NCBI GenBank assembly: GCA_015068085.1
Contig: SVLF01000004.1
Location: forward strand, 12,821-76,820
Source: Oscillospiraceae bacterium
GTDB taxonomy: Bacteria; Bacillota; Clostridia; Oscillospirales; JAAYXM01
Length of the DNA: 64,000 bases
Reading direction: 5' to 3'
Shown one piece after another: positions 18,002 to 28,800 of this stretch; within the stretch, counting starts at the first letter, position 1, and every line of letters starts with the position of its first letter. Below the pieces are notes generated by a model, which was not told the origin of the DNA, did not search any database, and saw only the letters and a list, made by a program, of their open reading frames with translations. The position numbers and the translations under genes are program-made.

Positions 18002-18631
18002 ATGGGCAGACCAAACTATTTGAGTGAAATAAAGCAGAATATTTTGAATGCAGAATATGGAACGGTTTTTGTTGCTGTTGACTTCGTAAATGTAACTGAC
18101 AAAAAAACTGTCAATATGGCATTGTTGCGATTGGAAGAGGAAGGTATTATACTTCGCATCATCCGGGGTGTATATTACAAAGCCGAATACAGTGACTTTT
18201 TGCAAGAGTATATTGTCCCTGACCCTGATAAGGTTGCGCACGCATTGGCGCGTAACTACGGATGGACCATTGTTCCATGCGGCGATACTGCACTGAATGT
18301 TCTCGGGCTTTCAACTCAAGTTCCTGCCACTTGGTCATATGTAAGTGATGGAACCTACAAAGAATACATCTACGATAATACAACAATAAAATTCAAGAGA
18401 ACAACAAATAAAGAAATTTCAAAACTATCATATAAAACGGCATTGATTGTTCAGGCTCTCAAAGCTTTTGGCAAAGACAACATTGACGATGTTATCATAA
18501 ATAAACTTAAAAATGACCTGACCGATGAAGAAAAATCTAATGCCCTGCTTGAAGCAAAAGCGGCAACCTCGTGGATATATGAGGCTATAAAAGAAATTTG
18601 CAAAGGTGATGAAAATCATGAACAGAATTGA
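18002..18631 (+). CDS. AbiEi-like (type IV TA antitoxin-type, DUF6088-like) wHTH protein
   Basis: N-terminal ..VDFVNVTDKKTVNMALLRLEEEGIILRIIRGVYYKAEY.. resembles the AbiEi N-terminal domain (..L.RL.k.G.l.ri.rG.Y..). AT-rich gene. Assignment from memory, unverified. Confidence 0.5.
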   Translation: MGRPNYLSEIKQNILNAEYGTVFVAVDFVNVTDKKTVNMALLRLEEEGIILRIIRGVYYKAEYSDFLQEYIVPDPDKVAHALARNYGWTIVPCGDTALNVLGLSTQVPATWSYVSDGTYKEYIYDNTTIKFKRTTNKEISKLSYKTALIVQALKAFGKDNIDDVIINKLKNDLTDEEKSNALLEAKAATSWIYEAIKEICKGDENHEQN

Positions 18632-19247
18632 ACACAGAGAAGACAAGTGGATATTTCCGTTTGTGGAGTATTCCAATATACCGAGCGATAAAAAACTGCC
18701 GTTGATAATTCAGTTGCACGGTGCGGGAGAACGCGGACTTGGAAAAGACGATTTACACAAAGTGGATGTGCACGGGTTCTCGAAGGTTATAAAGGATAAA
18801 GCGCTTGATTGCATAATAATAATGCCGCAATGCCCGCCCGATACATTCTGGGCGGCAAGAGTTGAGTCAATTGTAAAGTTTATAGAACAGTTGATTCAGG
18901 AATATAATGTTGACGAAGACAGAGTTTGCCTTACAGGACTCAGTATGGGCGGTTACGGGACTTGGTTTACGGCGATGGCAAGGCCTGATTTATTTGCCGC
19001 AATCGCTCCGGTATGCGGAGGCGGTATGGCATGGAATGCAGGGGCTTTAAAAATGCCGATATGGACGTTTCACGGATCGGAAGATGATGTCGTAAGCCCT
19101 TATCAGACGGATGAAATGGTTAAAAAGCTTAAAGAACTGGATGCCGACGTTACATACACAAGAATTGACGGAGTAGGACATAACGTCTGGGAAAACGCAT
19201 ACGACGAAAGGCTTCTTGAGTGGTTATTGAGTAAGAAAAGAAAATAA
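18618..19247 (+). CDS. Alpha/beta-hydrolase, carboxylesterase / prolyl-oligopeptidase-type serine hydrolase
   Basis: LPLIIQLHGAGERG, nucleophile elbow GLSMGGYG, C-terminal ..HGSEDDVV.. and ..GVGHNVW... The ATG at 18618 has AAGGTGA 8 nt upstream. Overlaps the AbiEi-like stop by 14 nt. Confidence 0.75.
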   Translation: MNRIEHREDKWIFPFVEYSNIPSDKKLPLIIQLHGAGERGLGKDDLHKVDVHGFSKVIKDKALDCIIIMPQCPPDTFWAARVESIVKFIEQLIQEYNVDEDRVCLTGLSMGGYGTWFTAMARPDLFAAIAPVCGGGMAWNAGALKMPIWTFHGSEDDVVSPYQTDEMVKKLKELDADVTYTRIDGVGHNVWENAYDERLLEWLLSKKRK

Positions 19248-19256
19248 TGTTAGAAT

Positions 19257-19299
19257 AGGCGGTGGATGTTCGTTTTGAATATCCACCGCCTGTTTTTTT
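19257..19299 (+). terminator. Rho-independent terminator after the esterase gene
   Basis: aggcggtggat / atccaccgcct 11-bp stem followed by T7 (19293-19299). Confidence 0.8.
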
Positions 19300-19361
19300 A
19301 AATCAAGTAAAATATTACCGGTTTACAAATCGGTATAGCGAATGAGACAATATAAAGAGAG

Positions 19362-20270
19362 CTAAAACTCAACGCCCTTATCGCGATATTTCTTTACATA
19401 CTGCAGGGGAGTCATCCCGGTTTGTTTTTTAAACTCAAGGATAAAATACGAGGTACTGTTGTAGCCGACAGCAGAGCCTACCTCGCTTATGGAAGCTTTT
19501 GAATTTATAAGCTTGCTTTTTGCGTGCTTTATTCTTGTTTTGTTCAGGTATGATTTAAATCCCTCTCCGGTTGCACGTGAAAAGCAATCAAGAAAATATT
19601 TATAGCTTATATTCAAGCTGTTTGCAAAATCCTCAGCGCTGATATCGGCGGCGTAATTTGCATTTATGTATTCGTAGGCTTTATGCACATATGAAATTGA
19701 ATATGTTCCGATTTTCACCTTATCAAACGCTTCGGCAGTTCTTTTTTGCGGATTACGGATAATCGCAAGAAGAAGCCTGAATAAGCTCAGCTTTTGTGAG
19801 GCTGCGGAAAAATAATCATATGAATCGTATTCTTTGATTATATCCTGTATCAAAAGCATAAACCCGCTTTCTTCAAGATCGTTTTTTCGCCATATAAGGT
19901 TTGCGACCACGTTATCGAGAGAAAAGAAGAACTGAAATGAATCTTCTTTTTCGGGTTCCACAATGTCTTTGATTATTGTGGGATGAACCTGAAAAACGTA
20001 ATAAGAACCACCGGTATCGGAAAGAGCTGTTGCCGAGTGTATGGAATGTTTTGGAAAAAGAATAAGATCGCCTTCGTGGAGAAGAAAGCTTTCTTCATTA
20101 ATTGTTACTTTGAATTCCCCACGTGTGAAGTATAAAAATTCAATGGAGCTGTGGATGTGCGCAATCGCAGTTATTTTTGGACATTGGCTTTCGATAAAAG
20201 CTACATTTATACCATTTTGAGATTGGATAAGACTCTCCGGCTCAATTGCATAATTACGCAAGGTTAACAT
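19362..20270 (-). CDS. AraC-family transcriptional regulator (cupin sensor plus HTH)
   Basis: C-terminal AraC HTH (ISEVGSAVGYNSTSYFILEFKKQTGMTPLQY). N-terminal cupin-like region. Divergent from the 20378 operon. Confidence 0.88.
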   Translation of the reverse strand: MLTLRNYAIEPESLIQSQNGINVAFIESQCPKITAIAHIHSSIEFLYFTRGEFKVTINEESFLLHEGDLILFPKHSIHSATALSDTGGSYYVFQVHPTIIKDIVEPEKEDSFQFFFSLDNVVANLIWRKNDLEESGFMLLIQDIIKEYDSYDYFSAASQKLSLFRLLLAIIRNPQKRTAEAFDKVKIGTYSISYVHKAYEYINANYAADISAEDFANSLNISYKYFLDCFSRATGEGFKSYLNKTRIKHAKSKLINSKASISEVGSAVGYNSTSYFILEFKKQTGMTPLQYVKKYRDKGVEF

Positions 20271-20377
20271 CTCCTTAATATATGGAATTTTTTATATTTT
20301 TGCTTGAACTTATTATATCATCTTTCTTGCAAAAATGCTATACTAAATTTGAAAGAAGTATTTAAGGTGAAAAAAAC

Positions 20378-21640
20378 ATGAAAACACTTGATGTTATTTT
20401 AATAGGCGCAGGAAGCCGAGGGCGTATTTACACTGATTTTATGACAGATTCTCGTTTCAATGTTGTTGCGGTTGCAGAGCCCATAAAGGAATGCCGCGAT
20501 TACATAAAAAAGAAGCACAATATCGCTGATGCTATGTGCTTTGAGGATTGGAAGGATTTATTGTCTGTTCCTAAATTTGCAGATGTTGCAGTTATTGCCA
20601 CGAGTGACAGCATGCACTATGCTCCGGCAATGCGGGCGATAGAGCTTGGGTATAACCTTTTGCTTGAAAAGCCGGTTGCTCCGACATATCGTGAATGCAA
20701 GGATATAGCCGAGGCTGCGAAGAAAAAAGGCGTAAAGGTGCTTGTGTGCCACGTGCTTCGTTATACTGCGTTCTTCCGTAAGATAAAAGACCTCATAAAC
20801 GACGGTGCTCTCGGCGAGGTTGTTTCAATTCATCACAGTGAATGTGTTGGAAATGCCCACCAGAGCCACAGCTATGTTCGCGGCAACTGGAGAAACACTG
20901 CAGAAAGCTCGAATATGCTTCTTGCAAAGTCGTGCCATGATATAGATATTATGCAATGGCTTGTCGGAAGCACAGCAAAGTCGGTTTCCTCTTTTGGCTC
21001 GCTCTCATATTTCAAGAGAGAAAACGCACCTGAGGACGCACCGGAGTATTGCATACAAGGCTGTCCTTACGGCGAAGAGTGCTACTATAACGCGATTAAG
21101 TTGTACATTGAGGACGAAACAAACGACTGGTTCCGTAATGCGGCGGCAAGAAAGGTTAATCCGACAAACGAAGAGCTTGCAGAGGTGCTTCGCACAACGC
21201 AGTACGGCAGATGTGTATTCAAGTGCGACAACGACGTTGTTGACCATCAGGTTGTAAACATCGAATACGAAAACGGCGCGGTTGCATCATTTAATATGTG
21301 TGCATTCAACAAGGGTGGAAGATATATCCGCGTTATGGGTACAGACGGCGAGCTTTACGGTGATATGGAAGAAAACACCATCGATTATTTTAGCTTCAAA
21401 ACGCGTGAGCATACCGTCATCAATCCACTTGATGAAAAACTTAGCGGAGATATAACCGGCGGTCACGGCGGCGGAGATGAGGGCATCGTTAACACACTGT
21501 ATAAATATATTGCAGAAGATTATTGCGGTGATATGCTCAGCGAAATCGGAGTTTCGGTTCAAAATCACGCAACGGTATTTGCCGCCGAAAAGGCAAGACT
21601 TGAAAAACAAGTTATTGATATGAAACAATTTATCGGTTAA
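20378..21640 (+). CDS. Gfo/Idh/MocA-family NAD(P)-dependent oxidoreductase
   Basis: N-terminal Rossmann VILIGAGSRG and the conserved LLLEKPVA (EKP) motif. 420 aa. Confidence 0.8.
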   Translation: MKTLDVILIGAGSRGRIYTDFMTDSRFNVVAVAEPIKECRDYIKKKHNIADAMCFEDWKDLLSVPKFADVAVIATSDSMHYAPAMRAIELGYNLLLEKPVAPTYRECKDIAEAAKKKGVKVLVCHVLRYTAFFRKIKDLINDGALGEVVSIHHSECVGNAHQSHSYVRGNWRNTAESSNMLLAKSCHDIDIMQWLVGSTAKSVSSFGSLSYFKRENAPEDAPEYCIQGCPYGEECYYNAIKLYIEDETNDWFRNAAARKVNPTNEELAEVLRTTQYGRCVFKCDNDVVDHQVVNIEYENGAVASFNMCAFNKGGRYIRVMGTDGELYGDMEENTIDYFSFKTREHTVINPLDEKLSGDITGGHGGGDEGIVNTLYKYIAEDYCGDMLSEIGVSVQNHATVFAAEKARLEKQVIDMKQFIG

Positions 21641-21650
21641 GGAAAAACTT

Positions 21651-23954
21651 ATGAAAATAGTTTATTCAGATAAAGCTTCCGGAATAATTGAAAGGCTCTG
21701 CTTTGATGGCTTTGAAATACCGTTTGCTAAAGGTCTCGGTCCGTCGTTGAGAATAACAGAGCATGAAAAAGCTGCAAATATAAAATTCCGGCTTTCGGGA
21801 GAAAAATATTCTGCAATGTACAACGGTCTTATGATTGAAGCAGAGTATGCACCGAATGATGAGAGCTTCGTACTGAAAATCCGTGTTACAAACACTTCTG
21901 ATACAGATTTTACCCCCGGTTCTCTTGATTTAATTTTAGGCATTGATACATATATGACCGGTGCAGCAGAGGATAACAGCAAATTTTTCCCGACTATGCT
22001 TCGCTGTGAAAAAACACATTTTCACGGATATTTTATGAGCCCGAGTGGAAATGCTTTCGCAGTTGCATCTCCCGATAAAATAGCTTCATATACGCTTGAA
22101 TACGGCCGTACAACGACCGAGGGCGAAAATGAAGCAGAATACGGTCATCGGATACACACCGCTTCGCTCAGTCTGCTCCACAAAGAGCCGCTTCCCAAGC
22201 GACATCCCAAAGGTGTCGACAGCTTAAAGAGCGGTGAGAGCAGAGACTTCAATGTTTGTTTTATTCCGCTGAGCTCTGTCGACGAATACGCAGTGCGGGT
22301 TTCCGATATATGCGGTATTCCCGTTATTACGGCAGATTTGTACACATATCCGAAAAACAGCAATATTCAGCTTAAAGTTCATTCAAAAGAAAGATACAGC
22401 ATCACATACATTGCTCCTGACGGCAGAGTGATGACCTCTCCTCAAATTACCGAATGCGGAGTTTACACTGTAAGGGTGACCACCGAATCGGGAAAGGTTT
22501 CTGAGGCAAAGTTCTATTGCAGAAAGCCGTGGGAGTGGTATTTAAAGCAAGCAAGGCTTGAGGCAATGCAAAAGCCACAGAAGGCTACAACTCACGCGGA
22601 AAGCTGGTACGGCTTTTTCTCTGCGTTTCTTGCGGCAAAGCATTATCCGGAAGCGGAGCTTGACGCAGCTCTGTCATCCCATTTCGACGAAGTTATTCCA
22701 CTTATGTTTGATTTGGACAAAGCAAAACCCATTGTCGCACCGGAGCGCATACAAAATACATCTACACTTATAAGCGTTCTTACAGATAAATATGAAGTAA
22801 GTCCGGAAGAAAACAAGAAATATCTGCATCTTGCATCGGCGTTTGGCGACTGGCTTATGACAAGGCAAAAAGACGACGGAGGCTATTATAAAAACAATAC
22901 GCTATACACCTGCGTTATTTACATTGCAAAATCAATGCTCGAGCTTTGCGAGGCAGAAAAGAAAGCCGGAATGCATGAGGAATATACACGTCATTATCTT
23001 TCGGCTTCCCGTGCAACAGAACAGCTTGCAGAGAAGCTTGAGGATATTCAGACCGAGGGGGAACAGACGTTTGAAGACGGAATGATATCCTGTTCTGCGT
23101 TGCAGCTTGGAATGTATGCTCTGACATTGCCCGAAAACAAACGCAAAAGCTTTGTAGATGCGGCGATTTATATGGATAAGCTTCATGCGTGCCTTGAACA
23201 AAAGCTTGTCCCCGATTGCCGCGTAAACGGTGCGAGCATCCGCTTCTGGGAAGCCCAGTATGACATTATGTTCAACAAAAATTTTGTATGCAGTCCCCAT
23301 GGCTGGAGCGCATGGACAGCCTATGCAAAATATTATCTTTATCTTCTTACAGGAAAAGAAGCATACTTAAAAGAGCTGTTTAATATACTCGGAGCTTGCG
23401 TTCAGCTCATGTCGCTTGATGGCAATCTCCGTTGGGCATTTGCAAACGACCCGTATATAAAAGGTGAACGGTTAGTACCTGATACAAAAAGCTCCATAAA
23501 AGACGGTTATGCCTCGGTAAAGCTTGAAAATTCAGCTTATCGCGGAAGATATACCGAGACGGTTGTCGGAGAAGAATATATGGATATGGTTTCCGGATGG
23601 TATCGTACCGGAGAGCAAAGGCTCACCGGTGGATATATCGGATGTCCGCTCATTTTCCCGGATAGACTTGATTACAGCGCAGATGTTCAGGGCGGCGCAT
23701 GCGATAATGATGTTCATGAGATATTCAAATGCCTTGAAGAAACAGTGCTGAAAAAGGCCTTTGTTGTCGAACGTGAAGACGGAGAAGTTGTGGCGTATAA
23801 CTGTGATGCAGCTTTAAACAACAACGTGCTTGAAATAAGTTTTTATGAAGAAACGGAATATCTGCATACAAACTTTAAAACTACACGCATAGTTAAGGTC
23901 GGGGAATATACATACGAAGCAAAAAAAGGAAATTGTATGACAAAAATAAAATAA
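21651..23954 (+). CDS. Large hypothetical cytoplasmic protein (767 aa), no family recognised
   Basis: Long uninterrupted ORF 10 nt after the upstream stop. No signal peptide. W/Y-rich helical C-terminal half suggests a toroid-type glycan-active enzyme, but this is only an inference. Confidence 0.6.
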   Translation: MKIVYSDKASGIIERLCFDGFEIPFAKGLGPSLRITEHEKAANIKFRLSGEKYSAMYNGLMIEAEYAPNDESFVLKIRVTNTSDTDFTPGSLDLILGIDTYMTGAAEDNSKFFPTMLRCEKTHFHGYFMSPSGNAFAVASPDKIASYTLEYGRTTTEGENEAEYGHRIHTASLSLLHKEPLPKRHPKGVDSLKSGESRDFNVCFIPLSSVDEYAVRVSDICGIPVITADLYTYPKNSNIQLKVHSKERYSITYIAPDGRVMTSPQITECGVYTVRVTTESGKVSEAKFYCRKPWEWYLKQARLEAMQKPQKATTHAESWYGFFSAFLAAKHYPEAELDAALSSHFDEVIPLMFDLDKAKPIVAPERIQNTSTLISVLTDKYEVSPEENKKYLHLASAFGDWLMTRQKDDGGYYKNNTLYTCVIYIAKSMLELCEAEKKAGMHEEYTRHYLSASRATEQLAEKLEDIQTEGEQTFEDGMISCSALQLGMYALTLPENKRKSFVDAAIYMDKLHACLEQKLVPDCRVNGASIRFWEAQYDIMFNKNFVCSPHGWSAWTAYAKYYLYLLTGKEAYLKELFNILGACVQLMSLDGNLRWAFANDPYIKGERLVPDTKSSIKDGYASVKLENSAYRGRYTETVVGEEYMDMVSGWYRTGEQRLTGGYIGCPLIFPDRLDYSADVQGGACDNDVHEIFKCLEETVLKKAFVVEREDGEVVAYNCDAALNNNVLEISFYEETEYLHTNFKTTRIVKVGEYTYEAKKGNCMTKIK

Positions 23955-24009
23955 CTACTTTTAAAAATGCTACAATAAAATCAGAAATTTACCCTTGTGA
24001 GGAAAAGCA

Positions 24010-25755
24010 ATGAAGAAAGAGATACTCTTAGTATTTAAAACGCACCTTGATATTGGATATACAGACTATGCCGAAAGCGTTGTGCGAAGCTATCTTGATG
24101 TCTTTATCCCGAATGCCATAAAGGTCGGATACAAGCTTCGTGACACAAAAACTCCGTTTGTGTGGACGGTCGGCTCGTGGCTCATATGGAAAGCGCTGAA
24201 GGAGGATGCGGACGGTAACGTCGAGCAGGCGATACGCGACGGAATAATCACCTGGCACGCGCTCCCGTTTACCTCCCATACAGAGCTTATGAATAAAGAG
24301 TTGTTTGAATACGGCCTTGAAATTTCAAAAGAGCTTGATAAAAAATTCGGCAGAAAGACAATCGGCTCGAAGATGACAGATGTTCCGGGGCATACAATCG
24401 GTATGGTGCCATTGCTTAAAAAAGCAGGAATTGAATTTCTGCACATCGGCGTAAATCCGGCAACGCCCAACCCCGATGTGCCACCGGTGTTCAGATGGAG
24501 ATGCGGAGAGGATGAAATCATCGTCGCATATGAAGATAGCTACGGCGCGTGCTCCGACTACGGCGACTTTGCGGTATATTTCGCTCACACCAATGACAAC
24601 ATCGGGCCGCAGTCCGAGCAGGATGTTCTAAATGTCTATAAAATGCTTTCGGAAAAATATCCCGATTGCACTGTCCGCGCCGCAACGCTCAACGATGTTG
24701 CGGAAAGAATGATGAAGCTCCCGAACCTCCCTGTTATTGAACATGAAATAGGAGATACGTGGATTCACGGAGCGGGGACAGATCCGAAGAAGGTGGGTAT
24801 GTACCGCGAGCTTTTGCGGCATATCGAAACACATGGAATAAGCGCAGACCTTAAAGAAAGCCTTCTCCTTGTTCCCGAGCATACGTGGGGACTGTGCCTG
24901 CAAAGATATTTTGACAACAAGACGGACTGGTTTCAAAATGAGCTTGAAAACACAACCGATATGGAGAGAAAAAAGCGTTTTGAAGCCTCGTGGGAGGAAC
25001 AACGAGAGTACATAAAGCACGCTGAAAAAGAACTTGGAATAAACGTTGATTACACATTATCCGAGCCGGATTTATCAGGCTTTGAAAAATGTGAATATGC
25101 GCCGGATATCGAAATAAGCTGGCAGCTTTTTGATAACAGCGATTATGTAAGATATAAAGAAAAGTATCTTACGTTAACGCCTGAAAACGCAGAATGGGCA
25201 ATGTGGGATGATACAAAGCCGGGGCTTCCGGACTATCTCGGCGGAATATATCCGGCAGTTGCGACGGAGAGCTATAAAAAAGACGGAGAGTATCTTACAA
25301 GGCTTGAATTTGAAAAAGACATCTCCGACAAATACGGTCTTCCGCACTTTTGGCTACGAGAAGACGGCAGGAATGTTTCAATAGAATGGTTCGGCAAAAA
25401 GGCAAACCGACTTCCACAGGCATTCTGGCTAAAGTTTCACGGCTTTGATGAAGCATGGGAAATAGAAAAGCTCGGTCAGTGGATATCTCCCGAGAAGATA
25501 ATCGGAAGTCCATTGATAACAGCAACGGGCAAGGGAGTAAGAAACGGAGAGGTGGAGATTACGCCGCTTGATGCTTGCCTTGTCGCTCCGTTCGGACGAC
25601 GGCTTCTTGATTTTGAAAAACACCCCCGTGGACAGGATATGTATTTTAATTTATACAACAATATCTGGAACACGAATTTTCCGATGTGGTATTCGGATGA
25701 TACGCGCTTCCGGTTTGTAATAGATAAAATCACAAGTGGGATATCCCACTTGTAG
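24010..25755 (+). CDS. GH38 N-terminal-like (DUF5054-type) protein, putative glycosidase
   Basis: N-terminus LLVFKTHLDIGYTDYAESV.. and ..TWHALPFTSHTEL.. / ..DVPGHT.. resemble the metal-binding N-domain of GH38-like proteins. Assignment from memory. Confidence 0.45.
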   Translation: MKKEILLVFKTHLDIGYTDYAESVVRSYLDVFIPNAIKVGYKLRDTKTPFVWTVGSWLIWKALKEDADGNVEQAIRDGIITWHALPFTSHTELMNKELFEYGLEISKELDKKFGRKTIGSKMTDVPGHTIGMVPLLKKAGIEFLHIGVNPATPNPDVPPVFRWRCGEDEIIVAYEDSYGACSDYGDFAVYFAHTNDNIGPQSEQDVLNVYKMLSEKYPDCTVRAATLNDVAERMMKLPNLPVIEHEIGDTWIHGAGTDPKKVGMYRELLRHIETHGISADLKESLLLVPEHTWGLCLQRYFDNKTDWFQNELENTTDMERKKRFEASWEEQREYIKHAEKELGINVDYTLSEPDLSGFEKCEYAPDIEISWQLFDNSDYVRYKEKYLTLTPENAEWAMWDDTKPGLPDYLGGIYPAVATESYKKDGEYLTRLEFEKDISDKYGLPHFWLREDGRNVSIEWFGKKANRLPQAFWLKFHGFDEAWEIEKLGQWISPEKIIGSPLITATGKGVRNGEVEITPLDACLVAPFGRRLLDFEKHPRGQDMYFNLYNNIWNTNFPMWYSDDTRFRFVIDKITSGISHL

Positions 25756-25842
25756 TGTGGTACCACACTACAAAAAATGCTAAAAGCGTAAAAAACGTTG
25801 CGTAAGCAGCGAAATTTAAATTTAAAAGGAGAGAAAAACAAA

Positions 25843-28800
25843 ATGAAAAGATTTTTATCTATTTTATTGGCAATCGCAATGTGCATCGCAATGCTTCCTA
25901 CGGCATTTGCAGGCGAAGCGGACACACGCGAGACAATAACGCTTAACCTGCACAGAGATAATCTCAGAGAGGATAATGGTGACGGTACAGTAAGCCAATT
26001 AGTTCACAATGATACTGAGGCTAACAGCCTTAACCTACCTAAAAACAGTTCGGCAAAGATTGCAGACCTTATTGTTCAAGACAAAAAGTATGAGTGGGTT
26101 ACTGATAAGAGCGTAACCCATGATATTAATACTATTGGCAATTACAGCACCGGCGGTTACGGTAGACGCATGCAATATTATACTCAGATGACAGCAGACT
26201 GGGTTGTATGGCCTGAGTATACCGAAGCAAAGGAAAGGATGTTTACCGTCAAGACAAACATCGGCTCGGACGCTGCAGGATATTATAATGTGAAGATAAC
26301 TGGAATGGCTGATAAAACAGGCGGAGAGTTTGCAGTATATGTAAATGGTAAATATGTAGGTGATTTTAATAACTTTTCCAGCTCATCTAATACTGCTGAT
26401 GTGTCCTGGACTCTCGACAATGCGATTAAGCTTACAGAAGGTCCCGCTGAAATTTCTCTTCGCGCAAGAAAGTATTATCGCAGCGACAAAGCTGTAACTG
26501 ATTGGAACAATGCAAGCCTTTATCTTGGATTGATTCAGCTTATCCCGACAAGTGAGCCGACAATCTCAGAAGTTGAAAGCACAATCCCCGAAACTATTGA
26601 GAAAGACAGCACAGCCGAGCTTTCTGCAAAGGTCAAGATGGCTGACAACACATACAGAAGCTTTGGATATACCGATGCAGGTGTTGTTCCGACAACGGAT
26701 GATGTTGTAACGGTAACATCATCTGACCCGGCAGTTATCGGGGTAACAGAGGTTGTAAACGTTCAGGTAAACGACCCCAAGAATCGAGACCAGATACTTG
26801 ACCCGACAACAGTTACTTATAAGCTCACTGCATTAAAAGGCGGCAAATCCGATATTACAGTAACGGCGTTTGTTGACGGACAGACAAAGACATTAACCAA
26901 GACTGTCACCGTCCCAACTCCGCGCGAAACAATAACACTTGACTTGCATCAAAACAATTTGTCAGAGAAAGATGTGGGTGCATTCATTCATCAAAATGAT
27001 CTGAAAGACGGCGAAACTGTGAACAGCACAGCATACATCAAAGATCTTGTTGTTGCTGATGACGCATACGAATGGGTCGCTGATAAGAGCGTTGCAGATG
27101 ACGTGGTCAGCATTGCAAACAATGTATATAATTCCCTCCGCGGCAGACGTATGCAGTATAAGACGTCATCAAAATATGGAAACCAGTGGGATATGACATG
27201 GGAGGCATGGCCATTCTTCCAAAAGCCACAGAATGTAATGTTCACCATAAAAACAAAAATTCCCGAAGGTGCGGCAGGTTATTATAATGTAAAGATAACC
27301 GGTGCGGCATATAACTGCGGTGGTGAGTATGCAGTATATGTAAACAGAGAATATGCAGGAGACATTAACAGTTACGCCTCCACTTCCAGCTACGAAGCGA
27401 AGGAATGGTCTCTTAACAATGCGGTTAATCTTCCCGCAGGAGAGGTTGAAATCTCTCTCCGTGCAGTAAAATTTTACCGTGCAAGAACATTTGGCAGCCA
27501 GGACAACAATGCAAGCATCTATCTTGGATTCATTGAACTCATTCCGACAGATGCACCTTCAATCTCCGCAGTTGAAAGTACAATCCCGACAGGGCTTTCA
27601 GAAGGCGATATGCGTGATCTTTCTGTAAAAGTAAAGATGAGTGACGGAATATACAGAAGCTTTGGTTATACCGATGAAGGTGAGCTTCCGGAAGCGGATG
27701 AAACAGTTAAGGTAACATCAAGCGACCCGACTGTTGTTGAGGTAAAAGATGTTGTGGTCGTAGAGAGAAATATTGCAAACGATCTCACCCAAGAACTCGA
27801 CCCGACAACAGTTACCTACAAGCTTGCAGCGAAAAAGGCAGGTACTGCAAAAATCACTGTTACTGCATACGTTGACGGAAAAACAGAGATAAAGGAAGAA
27901 ACAATAACTGTTACAGGTCTCGGTGCAGATGCGGTAGCCGATGCAGGAACCGTAACGCTTGGTATTCTCACAAATTATTCAGATGCAGAAAGCGGCATTA
28001 CAACGAACTATAATGTGAACGGCTCCAATCAGGTTTCGGTCGGCACAGCAGTCACAGCAGAGGCAGAAGATGTCGGAGATTACAAGTTTATGTACTGGAA
28101 GGTCGGCGGCACGACAACAAAGGGCGGTACTTTCATCACAGCAGATTCAAAGCTTGAAAACTACGTTGTAAACACAAACACCTCGCTCATTGCGGTATAT
28201 GAGGATACTACGGACGTCTCAAAGACAGTTGAGTTCTGGACTGCTAACGAGCGTTTCATAGAAAAGCTTGCGGCAAAGGCTGACGGCACACCGAACTTCC
28301 CGACAGCATATGCTCCGGTAACAGGCTTTGGCACAACCGGCAAGTGGCTTGTCGCAGTTGGGAAATACCTTGAAAGCACAGAAATTCTTCCCGACGGAAC
28401 AACACGTGCAGTCGAGGAGAGAAACGATACAGGTAATGCAATCACAGGTTCAATTACGGTAAACGGTGAAGCTGTTTCTGAAGCTCTTACCTATGACAAC
28501 AAGATAGAGCGCACGGTAGAAGGTGCAAAATACTGGACACGTGACGGTAAGGTTGTTTTCTACGGCGAAACTTACACATATCATATGTGGGATGCAACGG
28601 CGATTGAGTCTCACACAGACGATATCGTAGCTGTTCCGACAGTTGTTCTCGATGACCCTGCAAACGGTGCGTATATGATTGAATACTGCGTACCGGAAGG
28701 CTACAAAAAGCTTGAGGCAGGTATTCTCTTTGCAAAAGGCGGAAGCCCGAATATAGGCACCTTCAGCTCAAAGGCAGCATCGCAGAGCGACAGCTGCCAC

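Noticed and set aside
25752-25771. Perfect 20-nt palindrome gtagtgtggt/accacactac at the stop of the GH38-like gene, considered as a recombinase/invertase site
   Set aside because: It is a single copy with no partner inverted repeat flanking a promoter and no recombinase nearby. It is most simply a stem-loop at the gene end.
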